Shown here in pieces: positions 19,895-30,704 of a stretch of DNA of 64,000 bases (its first letter is position 1; every line of letters begins with the position of its first letter). The position numbers and the translations under genes were made by a program. The notes under the pieces were generated by a model. That model had not been told where the DNA came from. It made no database searches and worked only from the letters and a program-made list of their open reading frames with translations. Source of the DNA: Candidatus Binatia bacterium (lineage in GTDB: Bacteria > Desulfobacterota > Binatia > UBA9968 > CAXXLF01); assembly GCA_963664015.2 (NCBI GenBank), contig CAXXLF010000001.1, positions 128,001 to 192,000 of the forward strand. The letters run 5' to 3'.

Positions 19895-20374
19895 TCAGGA
19901 TACGGGGAGACGGTAATACTTACCTTTAAAGAAAAGCAACGGCCGTTCCCCCTGGGCAGTCGCATTCACGATTTCACCCAGGTATACGGTATGGTCCCCT
20001 CCCTCAAAGCTATCTGCGACACGGCATTCGATGGTTCCCATGGTACCATCGAGAATTGGGACCCCCAACTCTCCAAGATGCCAAGAAATACCTTCAAATT
20101 TTTCAATTCCCTTGGTGGCGAACCTGCGCGAAAGTTCTTCCTGATCTTCGTTAAGAATGTTCACCACAAAGGCTTTCGACTCTTCGAAGCATGCGTAACA
20201 TTGGACTGTCTTATCAACACAGATCACAACCAACGGAGGGTTGAGGGAAAGAGAGGTGAATGCGTTGGCAGTCAGACCGGCGGGGACCCCGGCTTTATCC
20301 TTGGTCGTTATAACCGTAACGCCAGTGGCAAAGTGCCCCATGACGTTTCGAATCTCTTTCGAATCCAATGCCAT
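19895..20374 (-). CDS. Flavin reductase (HpaC/RutF-like)
   Basis: RNVMGHFATGVTVIT, TANAFTSLSLNPP, GGDH, PLLF. Confidence 0.93.
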   Translation of the reverse strand: MALDSKEIRNVMGHFATGVTVITTKDKAGVPAGLTANAFTSLSLNPPLVVICVDKTVQCYACFEESKAFVVNILNEDQEELSRRFATKGIEKFEGISWHLGELGVPILDGTMGTIECRVADSFEGGDHTVYLGEIVNATAQGERPLLFFKGKYYRLPVS

Positions 20375-20467
20375 GACATTCTGCTAGCAGAGGGAGATAC
20401 CAGTTGTCAAATCCGTCGCAGCTATTGCAATAGAGTCAATGGCGACGCAAAAACGTTTAGATGGTTT

Positions 20468-20908
20468 TTAACTATCGAGTTCGGGTATGGGCAGGACAAT
20501 ATGGGGCACACCTTCCGTCTCGAGTTCTTCTCGTTCACTGGGTGTGGCCACTCCGTATATGGATCTCTTATCAACCTCACCATTGAACATCCGGCGCGCC
20601 TGTTCGGCAAAGCGCGGACCCACATCCTCAAAATTCTCCCGCACATGGTGATGGAGACGCAAAAGCAGCTCTTTGGCATCGGACTCGGGAACGGGCTGAC
20701 CCACCGTGTTAACCGATTGACGGCGCTTCTCGGTTGGCTCTTTTTTAGTACGAATTGCGCAGGCGTGCGGTAGTTTCTGCACGCTGGTGTCACCGCAAAT
20801 GGGGCATGATACCTGATCGCGGGCGACTCGCTCCTCGTAGCCCTCGGCGCCAGGAAACCATCCTTCAAACTGATGGTTTTGCTTACAGATTAGATTATAG
20901 ATGACCAT
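20468..20908 (-). CDS. DUF1178 family zinc-ribbon protein
   Basis: MVIYNLICKQNHQFEGWF, CPICG, FEDVGPRFAEQAR, IYG. Confidence 0.88.
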   Translation of the reverse strand: MVIYNLICKQNHQFEGWFPGAEGYEERVARDQVSCPICGDTSVQKLPHACAIRTKKEPTEKRRQSVNTVGQPVPESDAKELLLRLHHHVRENFEDVGPRFAEQARRMFNGEVDKRSIYGVATPSEREELETEGVPHIVLPIPELDS

Positions 20909-20931
20909 GGGCCCCTTCCTGAGTATACTTT

Positions 20932-20959
20932 AATATAAGCCTAAAGCCTGGATTGTCAA
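20932..20959 (-). promoter_or_regulatory. Sigma70-type promoter for the DUF1178 gene
   Basis: TTGACA-16 nt-TATATT on the minus strand. Confidence 0.5.
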
Positions 20960-21067
20960 TGGTCCAGATATACTGTCCCCTTGATCGTAAACCCGTCTCC
21001 CAGTTTACCCCGAGGTTGGTTCAACGGGTTCACGAGCCTGTAACGTGGCTATTTTCAAGTCTCGAGT

Positions 21068-21277
21068 TCACCGGATCCGCAGCGAAGCGGGAGCCGGCGT
21101 CAGGTCGGCGTTTCGTTCGGTCTTGGAACCTACGGAACTGCCACACGCCTCACAGAGATAATCGTACAGATTGCCGTCGGGCAAAACCAGGAGAAGTCGC
21201 TCCCGAACCGACATTGCACGCCGACACTGATTACAGTAGAGAAGCGATGCCTGAAATTTTTCAAAGCTCTTTTGCAT
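21068..21277 (-). CDS. Small zinc-ribbon cytoplasmic protein
   Basis: LYCNQC...RERLLLVLPDG.LYDYLCEACG, two CxxC pairs. Confidence 0.75.
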   Translation of the reverse strand: MQKSFEKFQASLLYCNQCRRAMSVRERLLLVLPDGNLYDYLCEACGSSVGSKTERNADLTPAPASLRIR

Positions 21278-21318
21278 GAATGAAATTAGCCTTCAACGTT
21301 GAGTAACCCTACTGAGGT

Positions 21319-23332
21319 TTACACCACGGAGGCTGCCTCATCGGCCCCCTTAGTCTCTTTGACGCCCTTTTTTGTTAGATGAGCCGGGAGCTCTTCATAA
21401 TGGGAGAATTCCATCTGGAATTTCCTCCGTCCAGTGGTCATCGACGTCAAATCAGCAGCGAACCTCAGGATATCGGCCATGGGGATTTGGGCCTTGATTC
21501 ATTGGTAGTGTCCCTTCGCTTCCACCCCCTGCACTCGGCCCCGCCTGGCATTCAGATCTCCAATGGCATCCCACATGCATTCTTACAATACAGTGACTTC
21601 CATGGCGATGACCGGCTCCAGGATCACGGGTTTAGCCTTCTCAACCGCATTTTTGAAACCCATGGAGGCCGCCATCTTGAATTCCATATCCGACGAGTCC
21701 ACTTCATGAAAGGGGCCGTCGTAAAGGGTCACCCGAACATCCACCATCGAATAGCCTGCCACAAAACCCTGGTCGATGGCCTCTTTGACCCCTTTTTCTA
21801 ACAACGGTATATAGTTGCGCGGAATCGCGTCTCCCACGATCTTATCGATGAACTCAAAACCGCCACCGCGGGGCAACGGCTCGATCTCAAGCGACGTATC
21901 CCCGTACTGCCCCCGGCCACCGGATTGCTTCTTGTATTTTTTCTAGGCCTTGAACTTGGTCCGGATCGTCTCCTTGTACGGGACCTTGGGAGCCTTTAGC
22001 TGTACTTAAGCTCCGTACTTGCGCTTAAATTTTTCAACAATCACATCAATGTGCGGCTGCCCCATGCCGGAGAGAATAAAGTCCCGCGTTTGGGGGTCCC
22101 GATGCATCTCCACGGACGAATCCTCTTCGATGATACTATGGAGCCTCAGTGGAACTTTGTCCTCATCGGCTCTAAACTTGGGTTCCAGTGCAAAGGATAT
22201 CATGGGAAGAAATTCCGCTAGCCCCGCGAATTGAATGGGGCCCGCTCGTGACAGAGGGTATGGCAGGAGGACGGGTCCTCAAGTTTTGCCGCCGCAACGA
22301 TCTCTCCAGCCCGAGCCCCTCTGTTACTGGCACATGTTTCTTTCCTTCCAACTTGAAGAGATGAGCAATCTTCTCTTTAGCCTGTTTGTTGCAATTGTAC
22401 GCACCCATGTCTACAGAAATCTTTCCAGAGGCCACGCGCATCAAGGGAAGTTTACCGGCAAACGGGTCCACTATAGTTTTAAATATATAAGTGGAAAATG
22501 CATTATCAGGATTCGTAGCGCGGCTTTCATCTTCACCGGTGATTGCTGCTTTCCCTTCGCCTCCCCTTCCTCCAAGGGAGACGAAAGGAGGGCAGCCGCG
22601 CCGAACTCCAAAAGCAATCTCCTCCGTGCAAAGCTCCTGCCCGTCCAAGTACTTCTCCAGGAGTTTATCATCAGTCTCGGCAACGCTCTCATCAAGGCGC
22701 ACTCGCATCTCCTGGGCCCCCTTCTTGAGCTCATCGGAGATCACAGCCGTCGAGAACTTGCCTCTTGCCCCATCAAAACCCGGCACCTTCATGGAGGTGA
22801 GATCAACCACACCTTTGAAATTCTCACTAGCACCGATAGGCAGCTGAAGGTTAACCCCCTTGATATCAAGGCTGTCGAGTATTTAATCAACCGCCGAAAC
22901 CACATCCGCAGATTCCTCACGATCCACCCTGCTCACAAAGAAAATCCGCCTTACCTGAAGAGCCTCCGCGCGCTCCCAAAGCCGCTAGCTCTCTACTTTA
23001 AAACCGCTGGAGGGACTCAATAGGGATACGGACCCACCGAACGCCCGCATACACTGGATGGTGTCCGGGAGGAAGGGTGCATAACCGGGGGTATCGATAA
23101 GCGTGATACTGGATTTGGCCCACTTCAAAGAATGAAAGGCCGCGGAAAGCGTAATCTTGCGTTTGCTCTCTTCCGGCTCGAAGTCAAATAGGGATGATCC
23201 GTCGTCAACACGACCGAGACGTGTCGTTGCTCCGGCTGCGAAGAGCATGGCCTCCCCCAGTGATGTTTTTGCTTCTCCACCTTGACCCAGAATCCCAACG
23301 TTGCGAAGCTTGTCTGTCTCAATTTGAGCTAT
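21319..23332 (-). pseudogene. fusA: Elongation factor G paralogue (EF-G2/FusA2), heavily decayed
   Basis: Start codon is ATA and the P-loop reads GQGGEAKT. Fragments [46 protein letters not shown] and [10 protein letters not shown] are spread over several frames with at least 3 premature stops and deletions. Confidence 0.92.
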
Positions 23333-23369
23333 AACTTCACCCCTTTTGGATTGAGACTAACAGTTACTG

Positions 23370-24161
23370 TTATTCTGGTGTCTTCTTTTTATCCTGAACC
23401 GAGTTCCTTTCATAAATAATCCTCAATCCTTCAAGGGTGAGGAATTCATCCACCTCTTCGATGACATCTGATTCCGCCGCGATGAGCGACGCAAGGCCTC
23501 CCGTAGCCACTACCTTAGCTTGGATGTTGATCTCATCCAAAATACGCCGGACAATCCCATCAACCAAAGCCACATAGCCGTAAAAAATCCCCGACTGCAT
23601 GGAGTGGACCGTATTTTTCCCCACCACCTCTTTGGGTTTCGCTATCTCGACACGGGGGAGCTTCGAAGCTCGTTGAAAAAGAGCCTCCATGGATATTTGC
23701 AGACCCGGAGCAATCGTTCCTCCCTGGTATTCACCCTTTTGGGATATAAAGTCAAAGGTTGTTGCCGTTCCAAAGTCAATCACAACGCAGGCGGTTCGAA
23801 ATTTCTCAAATGCCGCCACGCCGTTGACTATGCGGTCAGTTCCCACATCTCTGGGGGTGTCATAAAACACCGGCATACCCGTCTTTACTCCGGGACCCAC
23901 CACCAGCGGGTCCAATCCGAAAAATTGTTGGCCAAGCTCTTGAATGGTCGCCAGCATCGGCGGTACCACACAAGACAGGATAATGCCATCGACTCGGCCA
24001 CAGTCAATTCCGCGAGCGGTGGCAAGATGGGAAAACAAGATGCCATATTCATCGGCGGTACGCTCGGACTGGGTCAACAAGCGCCAGTGAGTCAGGAGTT
24101 TCCCCCCGTCATAGACACCGGAAACCATATGGCTGTTTCCTACATCAATAGCAAGTAGCAT
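23370..24161 (-). CDS. coaX: Type III pantothenate kinase
   Basis: [31 protein letters not shown]. Confidence 0.95.
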   Translation of the reverse strand: MLLAIDVGNSHMVSGVYDGGKLLTHWRLLTQSERTADEYGILFSHLATARGIDCGRVDGIILSCVVPPMLATIQELGQQFFGLDPLVVGPGVKTGMPVFYDTPRDVGTDRIVNGVAAFEKFRTACVVIDFGTATTFDFISQKGEYQGGTIAPGLQISMEALFQRASKLPRVEIAKPKEVVGKNTVHSMQSGIFYGYVALVDGIVRRILDEINIQAKVVATGGLASLIAAESDVIEEVDEFLTLEGLRIIYERNSVQDKKKTPE

Positions 24162-24165
24162 AGCT

Positions 24166-24981
24166 TTAAACGGTTATAGGGATAACGTCCCCGGCCAGAA
24201 TGCGCTCCGGGTCTCCCCCCTTCCCCTCTAGGATCAAAGCACCATCCATGTCAATACCCAATGCCTTTCCGGAGGTGTGCCCGTCGGGCATTTCCACCCT
24301 AACCTGCTTGCCGCGCAATCTAAAATAACCTTCCCAGCGGCTACTGATCCCAGGGAATCCAGACTTCTCAAGACTCCCATAGCACTGATCCAGGTTATGA
24401 ATCAATCGGGCGGCAAAGGCGCTCCGGTCCACAGGCCGTTGGGTCAACTCAAGCAATGAGGTTGCCTTGTCCCGGATCGTCTCTGGCATGCGCGCCTTGG
24501 AATAGTTAAGATTCACTCCAATTCCTAAGATCACAAATAAAACACGTTCCGAATCACAAGATGATTCGGTAAGTATACCAGCTATTTTTTTTCCCTGCAC
24601 CAGGATGTCATTTGGCCATTTAATCTCCGGGGCCATCGGTAGAAAAGAGGCGACCGTGTCTGCCACGGCCACCGCCGCCATGAGTGTAATTTGTGGTGTA
24701 TGGGCCGGCAGGAGTTTGGGCCGAAGAATGAGCGAAAGGTACAAGTTCGTGCGGGGCGGTGAGGACCAGTTCCTGCCCAATCTCCCCTTCCCATGGGTCT
24801 GCTGTTCTGCAACCACGATCTCACCCTCAAGGGCTCCCTGCCGTGCGAGTTTCTGAGCTGTGATATTGGTAGACTCCAGCATCTCAAAGTAGTGGATGTT
24901 TTTGCACAAGCGTTGGGATGACAAGGCCTTGTGGATCTCAGCTGGTGATATTGCCTCGGTCGCCATAGGTCTCCTTATCAT
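24166..24981 (-). CDS. birA: Biotin--[acetyl-CoA carboxylase] ligase (no HTH domain); start may be 24966
   Basis: [26 protein letters not shown]. Confidence 0.95.
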   Translation of the reverse strand: MIRRPMATEAISPAEIHKALSSQRLCKNIHYFEMLESTNITAQKLARQGALEGEIVVAEQQTHGKGRLGRNWSSPPRTNLYLSLILRPKLLPAHTPQITLMAAVAVADTVASFLPMAPEIKWPNDILVQGKKIAGILTESSCDSERVLFVILGIGVNLNYSKARMPETIRDKATSLLELTQRPVDRSAFAARLIHNLDQCYGSLEKSGFPGISSRWEGYFRLRGKQVRVEMPDGHTSGKALGIDMDGALILEGKGGDPERILAGDVIPITV

Positions 24982-25003
24982 ATTACAGGCAACAGCATCA
25001 GGA

Positions 25004-25858
25004 TCATTGATGGCTTTGCCCTGCGAGCTTCATGTTGAAATCAGCTGCGGGTGCCGAATGGGTAACGGCCCCGACGGAAATGAAGTCCACCCCTGTTTGT
25101 GCAACCTCCCGCACCGTGTCGACGGTAATCCCCCCCGAGGCCTCCACCCAGACCCGATGATCGATCAGTATGACCGCCTGGGCTATTTCCTGAAGATCCA
25201 TATTGTCGAGCATGATCACATCCGCCCCTGCGTCCAGGGCGTCTTGGACCTGCCTTAAATCTGCGCATTCAACTTCGATCTTGGCCATGAAGGGTGCCTG
25301 CCGGCGGACTTGCTGCACCGCAAGCACAATGGACCCAGCCGCGGCAATGTGGTTATCCTTAATCAATGCCGCATCGTAGAGACCCAAGCGGTGATTCATT
25401 CCCCCGCCCATACGTACCGCATATTTCTCAAGGGTCCTAAGACCCGGTGTGGTTTTTCTTGTATCGATGATCTTACAAGAAAAGTCTTTGACCGCATCCA
25501 CATAACGCCGTGTCAGCGTCGCAGTTCCAGAGAGGCGCTGCAGGATGTTCAGTGTCGTCCGCTCGCCCATCAGCAGCACCCGAGTCGATCCCACGGCTTC
25601 CGCAACGACCGTCCCACGGGTGACGCTGTCACCGTCCTGGCTCATCTGCTTGACCCGAACTGCCGGATCGAGCAAAGCGAAGATGTTCTGCAAGAGCGGG
25701 AGTCCGGCAACAACACAGTTCCCTTTGGCACGAAAAACACCCGTGGATTGATGGTCCGATGGAATAGTGGGAAGGGTGGTCAGGTCCCCAGGTCCGATAT
25801 CTTCTTCCAGCGTTGTCCTAAACAGCCGCTGAATCTGAGAAGTAAAAAGGATGTCCAT
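25004..25858 (-). CDS. nadC: Nicotinate-nucleotide pyrophosphorylase (carboxylating)
   Basis: DTRKTTPG, NHRLGL, IKDNH, MLDN, EASGG. Confidence 0.96.
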   Translation of the reverse strand: MDILFTSQIQRLFRTTLEEDIGPGDLTTLPTIPSDHQSTGVFRAKGNCVVAGLPLLQNIFALLDPAVRVKQMSQDGDSVTRGTVVAEAVGSTRVLLMGERTTLNILQRLSGTATLTRRYVDAVKDFSCKIIDTRKTTPGLRTLEKYAVRMGGGMNHRLGLYDAALIKDNHIAAAGSIVLAVQQVRRQAPFMAKIEVECADLRQVQDALDAGADVIMLDNMDLQEIAQAVILIDHRVWVEASGGITVDTVREVAQTGVDFISVGAVTHSAPAADFNMKLAGQSHQ

Positions 25859-25863
25859 AGGGT

Positions 25864-28644
25864 TCAGTCTTTCCTTTGGCTTTGTAATTCTTGCAGCCGC
25901 TTGAGACTTAAGTTCACTGTGCGAATTTTGTCTTCCAATTCAACGGCCTTTTTCTTTTCCTTATCGATCACCTCGGGCTTAGCTTTTTTGAGAAATTCCT
26001 CATTGGCCAATTTTTTTTGTGCGCGAGCCAACTCAACTTGTATTTTCCCAACTTCCTTGCTGAGCCGAGTCTCTTCCTCTTCCAAATTCATGGCTTCGGA
26101 AACCGGGAGAAAGATTTCCGTAGACCCGACCACCCCCGTAATGGCATTCTTGGGTCGAGATTTGCTGCCGGCATACTCAACGGAGCTCACGCGAGCCAGG
26201 CTCCGAATAGTGGGCTCCTGGTCTCTCAATAATTTAAGGGTTTGTTCCCTGCGAATCGCATCCCGGTCTCCATCGACAACGAAGATCTCCACAGGCCGAC
26301 CGGGAGAAACGTTGCATTCGGACCGGAGGTTCCTAATTGTCCGGATAATCTCGGTTATAAAAGTTACCTGCACCTCGACCTCCGGCTGCCGCCATCCGGC
26401 TACAGACTTGGGGTAAGGCTGAACCATGATGCTTGACTTTCCATCAACCTGATTCAAGGCCTGCCATATCTCTTCAGTCACAAAGGGCATGATCGGATGG
26501 AGCAGGAGCAGCACCTGCTCGAGAACGGTTCTCAGAACCTGCCGGGTCTTTTGCGGCTCGTTACCAAGCTTGCCCCCAAGCGAAAGCTTGCTCATCTCAA
26601 GATACCAATCGCAGAACTCATGCCAGGTGAACTGGTAAAGATGATGGGCGTAATCATTAAACCGGTACCCATCAATGGCCTTCCTAGCCTGGTCAACTGT
26701 ATAGTCAAGGCGGGAAAGAATCCACTGGTCCGCCAAATTCAATTGCTTTATCGAATTATTCTCCAATGATAAGGGTTCGTCTTGATCGTCCAGGTTCATG
26801 AAGGTAAACCGAGAGGCATTCCAGAGTTTGTTAACAAAGTTCTGATAACCGGATACCCGATCCTCAGCCATCTTCACGTCCCGCCCCATGGCGCTCAGCG
26901 CTGCAAGCGTAAAGCGAAAGGCATCGGTCCCGTAACGACCCATAACATCGAGCGGATCGATGACGTTTCCCTTGGATTTGGACATTTTCTGTCCTTCCAG
27001 GTCTCGAACCAAGGCGTGAATATAGACATCACGGAACGGGACATCCCCCATTAGCTTCAACCCCATCATCATCATTCGGGCGACCCAGAAAAAAAGGATG
27101 TCGAAACCCGTCACCAGGACCGCCGTCGGATAAAAAGTTTTGAGTTCCGGTGTCTCCTTTGGCCAGCCCAGTGTTGAGAAAGGCCACAGGGCCGAGGAAA
27201 ACCAGGTATCGAGAACATCCGGATCCTGAAAGAGCTGGGTTCCACCGCACCGGTCGCACGTGCTCGGGGCTTCTAACTGGACGATGGGCTTGGCCTCGGG
27301 GCTGATGACGAATTCCGAGGAGGTAGAATCTCCCCCATTTCTGCGCAGGTGGACCGATTCGCAGCTCGTACAGTACCAGGCAGGGATTTGGTGGCCCCAC
27401 CAGATCTGACGCGAGATACACCAGTCCTTGATATTCTCCATCCATGCAAAAAAGGAATTGGCCCAACCCTCGGGAATGATCTTAATCCGTCCATCCCGCA
27501 CTGCTTGCATGGCCGGCTCGGCCAAGGGCTTGATTTTGACGAACCACTGGGGCGTGGAATAGGGTTCAATCACCGTATGGCAACGGTAACACTGTCCGAT
27601 GGCCAACCCGTAGGGCTCGACCTTTTCCAGTAGCCCTTCTTCTTTAAGATCCTCCACAACAAGTTTTCTGGCATCAAAGCGATCCTTACCGGTATATCGC
27701 TTGAGCCATTCCCCGGCTTCGGCGAATGCTGAGGCACGAATCTTTGCCTCGTCGTCGAAAATTCCGATGATGTCCAATCCGTGTCTTTGGCCGATCTCAA
27801 AGTCGTTAAAATCATGCCCCGGCGTAATCTTGAGAGCTCCGGTCCCAAACTCGGGGTCCACATACGGGTCTGCAATGACGGGGATGAGCCGCCCCACAAT
27901 GGGGAGACGAAGCTTTCGGCCGATGAATTTCTGGTAGCGTTCGTCTTCGGGGTGAACGGCCACGGCTGTATCGCCGAGCATGGTTTCGGGCCGTGTCGTC
28001 GCCACCACGAGCCATTCCGATGACTCACCTTCTATAGGGTAGCGGATATGCCAGAGGTGACCGCTGGACTCTTCGTGGACAACTTCAATATCGGCCAGTG
28101 CCGTCTTACACCGGGGACACCAGTTGATAAGCCGTTCCGCCCGATACAACAATCCATCACGCCACAGACGGACAAAGGCCTCACGGACTGCGAGGGAAAG
28201 CCCTTCGTCCATGGTAAAGCGCTCCCGGCTCCAATCACAGGAAACACCCAGGGCCTTTAACTGGCTCAGGATCGTACTGCCGGTTTCGGCCCGCCATTTC
28301 CAAACACGTTCGATGAATTTTTCCCGACCCAGCTGAGCGCGGTCCGTGCCCTGCGCGGCGAGCTGTCGCTCCACCACATTCTGCGTCGCGATGCCCGCAT
28401 GGTCCGTCCCCGGGATCCACAGGACACTGCAACCATCCATGCGTTTGTAACGGCAAAGAATGTCCTGAAGCGTATTGTTGAGGGCATGACCCATGTGAAG
28501 CGAACCCGTGACGTTGGGCGGAGGGATCACCATGGAGAAGGGATGGGTCGCCCCGTCGGAGGGACGGAAATATTTCTCCCAACGGGAATACCAGCGCACT
28601 TCCACCTCTTTGTGAGAGTATGTTTTATCCAGTTGTCGCGTCAT
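25864..28644 (-). CDS. valS: Valine--tRNA ligase
   Basis: PPPNVTGSLHMGH, DWCISRQIWWGH, KMSKS, C-terminal coiled coil. Confidence 0.98.
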   Translation of the reverse strand: MTRQLDKTYSHKEVEVRWYSRWEKYFRPSDGATHPFSMVIPPPNVTGSLHMGHALNNTLQDILCRYKRMDGCSVLWIPGTDHAGIATQNVVERQLAAQGTDRAQLGREKFIERVWKWRAETGSTILSQLKALGVSCDWSRERFTMDEGLSLAVREAFVRLWRDGLLYRAERLINWCPRCKTALADIEVVHEESSGHLWHIRYPIEGESSEWLVVATTRPETMLGDTAVAVHPEDERYQKFIGRKLRLPIVGRLIPVIADPYVDPEFGTGALKITPGHDFNDFEIGQRHGLDIIGIFDDEAKIRASAFAEAGEWLKRYTGKDRFDARKLVVEDLKEEGLLEKVEPYGLAIGQCYRCHTVIEPYSTPQWFVKIKPLAEPAMQAVRDGRIKIIPEGWANSFFAWMENIKDWCISRQIWWGHQIPAWYCTSCESVHLRRNGGDSTSSEFVISPEAKPIVQLEAPSTCDRCGGTQLFQDPDVLDTWFSSALWPFSTLGWPKETPELKTFYPTAVLVTGFDILFFWVARMMMMGLKLMGDVPFRDVYIHALVRDLEGQKMSKSKGNVIDPLDVMGRYGTDAFRFTLAALSAMGRDVKMAEDRVSGYQNFVNKLWNASRFTFMNLDDQDEPLSLENNSIKQLNLADQWILSRLDYTVDQARKAIDGYRFNDYAHHLYQFTWHEFCDWYLEMSKLSLGGKLGNEPQKTRQVLRTVLEQVLLLLHPIMPFVTEEIWQALNQVDGKSSIMVQPYPKSVAGWRQPEVEVQVTFITEIIRTIRNLRSECNVSPGRPVEIFVVDGDRDAIRREQTLKLLRDQEPTIRSLARVSSVEYAGSKSRPKNAITGVVGSTEIFLPVSEAMNLEEEETRLSKEVGKIQVELARAQKKLANEEFLKKAKPEVIDKEKKKAVELEDKIRTVNLSLKRLQELQSQRKD

Positions 28645-28653
28645 AGATTCCTC

Positions 28654-29166
28654 TCATCGTGTCGGTTGCTCCCCTGACTCTGATGGGGGATCCTCTACCA
28701 CTTCCACAAGCTCGATGGGCGCTGGGTCGACTTTCTGGGTTTGTTTTTTCCGCCTTGCCTTTTTACCGACAGCCCCGTGTGCTTTTGGGACTGCACCTCT
28801 GGAAAGGGCCTCATGACCGCCTTGGCTCCCCTTGGGAGAAAGCAGGGTATCCAAGGCCATCTGAAAAGAATCCCTACCGAGCGGCTTGGCCACACTTAAA
28901 AGATTGTTCCTCTTTATTGGACACGCCTCCCCCTTCTCCGCAAGCCAAAGTGTTGGCAGATGGCTTCTTTGAATAGTGCCCAGCAAATCGGATCCAGTAA
29001 CCTCGGCGAACTCTGCAGCGGAACCGTCAACAATCAAAAGGCTACTGGCGTTGACCTTGTCCTCATCCCAATGTCCAGTTATGTCAACGTCATGATAACG
29101 GAAGAGAAACATATTGATGATCTGCCCTAATACCCGGTCGGAACTGATCAACAGGATTCGACTCAT
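28654..29166 (-). CDS. Degenerate response-regulator receiver domain with a low-complexity tail
   Basis: RILLISSD, LLIVD and AKP receiver-like elements; tail PIELVEVVED; directly upstream of valS. Confidence 0.55.
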   Translation of the reverse strand: MSRILLISSDRVLGQIINMFLFRYHDVDITGHWDEDKVNASSLLIVDGSAAEFAEVTGSDLLGTIQRSHLPTLWLAEKGEACPIKRNNLLSVAKPLGRDSFQMALDTLLSPKGSQGGHEALSRGAVPKAHGAVGKKARRKKQTQKVDPAPIELVEVVEDPPSESGEQPTR

Positions 29167-29204
29167 TTTCTACGACCAACGCTGAGGTTTATCGGGATCT
29201 CGTC

Positions 29205-29232
29205 TTGACAAGGTGCATTCTCTGGATAAGAT
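29205..29232 (+). promoter_or_regulatory. Sigma70-type promoter for tRNA-Leu
   Basis: TTGACA-16 nt-TAAGAT about 20 nt upstream of the tRNA. Confidence 0.55.
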
Positions 29233-29253
29233 TAAAGAACCCATCTTCTCCAT

Positions 29254-29340
29254 GCGAAAGTGGCGGAATTGGTAGACGCGCAGGATTCAGGTTCCTGTGG
29301 GGTAACACCCGTGGGGGTTCGATTCCCCCCTTTCGCACCA
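29254..29340 (+). tRNA. tRNA-Leu(CAG)
   Basis: GCGAAAG/CTTTCGC acceptor stem, GGAATTGGTAGAC D-arm, CAGGA-TTCAGGT-TCCTG anticodon arm, long variable arm, CCA. Confidence 0.97.
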
Positions 29341-29575
29341 ATGTTTTCAAGTGGTTGTGTCTTATGTGCCATACTCTCCACCGAATATCCACCCTCCGGG
29401 GTCTTCCGATCCCCGCTCCCTTCCATAACGATTAGGATTCCCTCGCGGGCATCATGCCCGGACATTAAAATTTGGGGCACCATTACGCAATCGAGGTTAG
29501 GAGGCTGATTACGGATGTCCCACGGCTGCCACGATCAGACGATGATATTACTTCATCCACTCCGCCCCGTTGGAT

Positions 29576-29606
29576 AAAAAAAACCAAGGCCCTTTGGGCC
29601 TTGGTT
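29576..29606 (-). terminator. Rho-independent terminator
   Basis: AACCAAGGCCC-ttt-GGGCCTTGGTT hairpin with a U8 run on the minus strand, downstream of 29654-30622. Confidence 0.8.
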
Positions 29607-29653
29607 CTCATACTCTTTGGCGGGACGCCTACCCCAAGTAACGTTTGAAAGAT

Positions 29654-30622
29654 TTATTGTTGGGGATAGAGATCCTTGAAAAAGCCCTCGGATTCGAGCT
29701 TGCGTACGAAATGGAGGTCCCAGAGTTTAACCGGGTTACCCCCTCTATCGTTTAGGTTCGGATAAACGATCTCCGCAATGCGATAGGCATTGTACAGGGA
29801 ATCGTAATCAGGACAGAGACTCGGGTTCAGGATATTGACCAGTCTACCGTGATAGCTTTCCAGCTCCTCGTCGTCCTTGATACCCAGCCTGTCCGCAATC
29901 TGTCCCCCGAGCATCTCAAGGGTCTTCTCCTTCTCGTTACGAATGAAGGCAATTCCCTGGGCAAGGGCCTTGGTAATGCGCAAATAGAGCTCACTGTTCT
30001 CTTCCACGTAGGGAACCATCGTCGTCAAGGTAATGGAGTTGACCATGGGGAAAGCGGGCATGACTTTGGTTTGGAGCCCAAGGCGCTTGCAGGCAACTTC
30101 CTGTGTGGCGTTCACAAATCCGGCATCCGCCTTGCCATCAAGAACCAATTGTATTGTATTGATCTCTTTGGACGGGGCTTGGCAGTCCATTTCCTCGGAC
30201 GAAACCCCCGCGTCGCGCAGGTAGAGTTCGTGGGTACCGCGCGGGTGACTGGTAAGATGCCCGCGATCATCAACCAACTTGCTTTCCGCCAGAGTCTTCC
30301 CTTTCAGTTCCTTCAGGTCATGGACCGGTTTCGCGCTCACCAACATGTCTTCAGCGGTATTCACTGCCTGGGCCATACATACCAGAGGAACCCCGTTGGC
30401 GACCCGCCAATGGGGGGTAATGTGGCAGCCAAAGATCACGTTGCATTTGCCTGATATCAGTTCATCTTCCGCACTTGTCGCATCCCGTTTGAGGTCCATG
30501 CGGGTTACGTCTATTCCTAGCCGATCCCAGATCCCCGCGCGATCCATAACGGTAATGAGGGACAATTGGGAATGATTGGAACGATAAATCACCTTTGCTT
30601 CTAAACGCTTTTCTGGACTCAT
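29654..30622 (-). CDS. NitT/TauT/SsuA (NMT1/THI5-like) solute-binding-fold protein without signal peptide
   Basis: GIWDRLGIDV, LKELKGKTLA, GKADAG and KALAQGIAFIR patterns; AAAGGAGG RBS before MSPEK. Confidence 0.75.
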   Translation of the reverse strand: MSPEKRLEAKVIYRSNHSQLSLITVMDRAGIWDRLGIDVTRMDLKRDATSAEDELISGKCNVIFGCHITPHWRVANGVPLVCMAQAVNTAEDMLVSAKPVHDLKELKGKTLAESKLVDDRGHLTSHPRGTHELYLRDAGVSSEEMDCQAPSKEINTIQLVLDGKADAGFVNATQEVACKRLGLQTKVMPAFPMVNSITLTTMVPYVEENSELYLRITKALAQGIAFIRNEKEKTLEMLGGQIADRLGIKDDEELESYHGRLVNILNPSLCPDYDSLYNAYRIAEIVYPNLNDRGGNPVKLWDLHFVRKLESEGFFKDLYPQQ

Positions 30623-30704
30623 CAGGTCAGATCCTCCTTTTGGATGTAAGAACGGGGCTCTTAACGTATGCTCGATTAATAATGGGGAGTCAAGAGACCC
30701 CGTT

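Noticed and set aside
19991-20773. 260-aa plus-strand ORF
   Set aside because: Antisense to the flavin reductase and DUF1178 genes
25310-26416. 368-aa plus-strand ORF
   Set aside because: Antisense shadow of nadC/valS with no motifs
29189-29508. Short ORFs overlapping tRNA-Leu
   Set aside because: Artefacts of translating the tRNA
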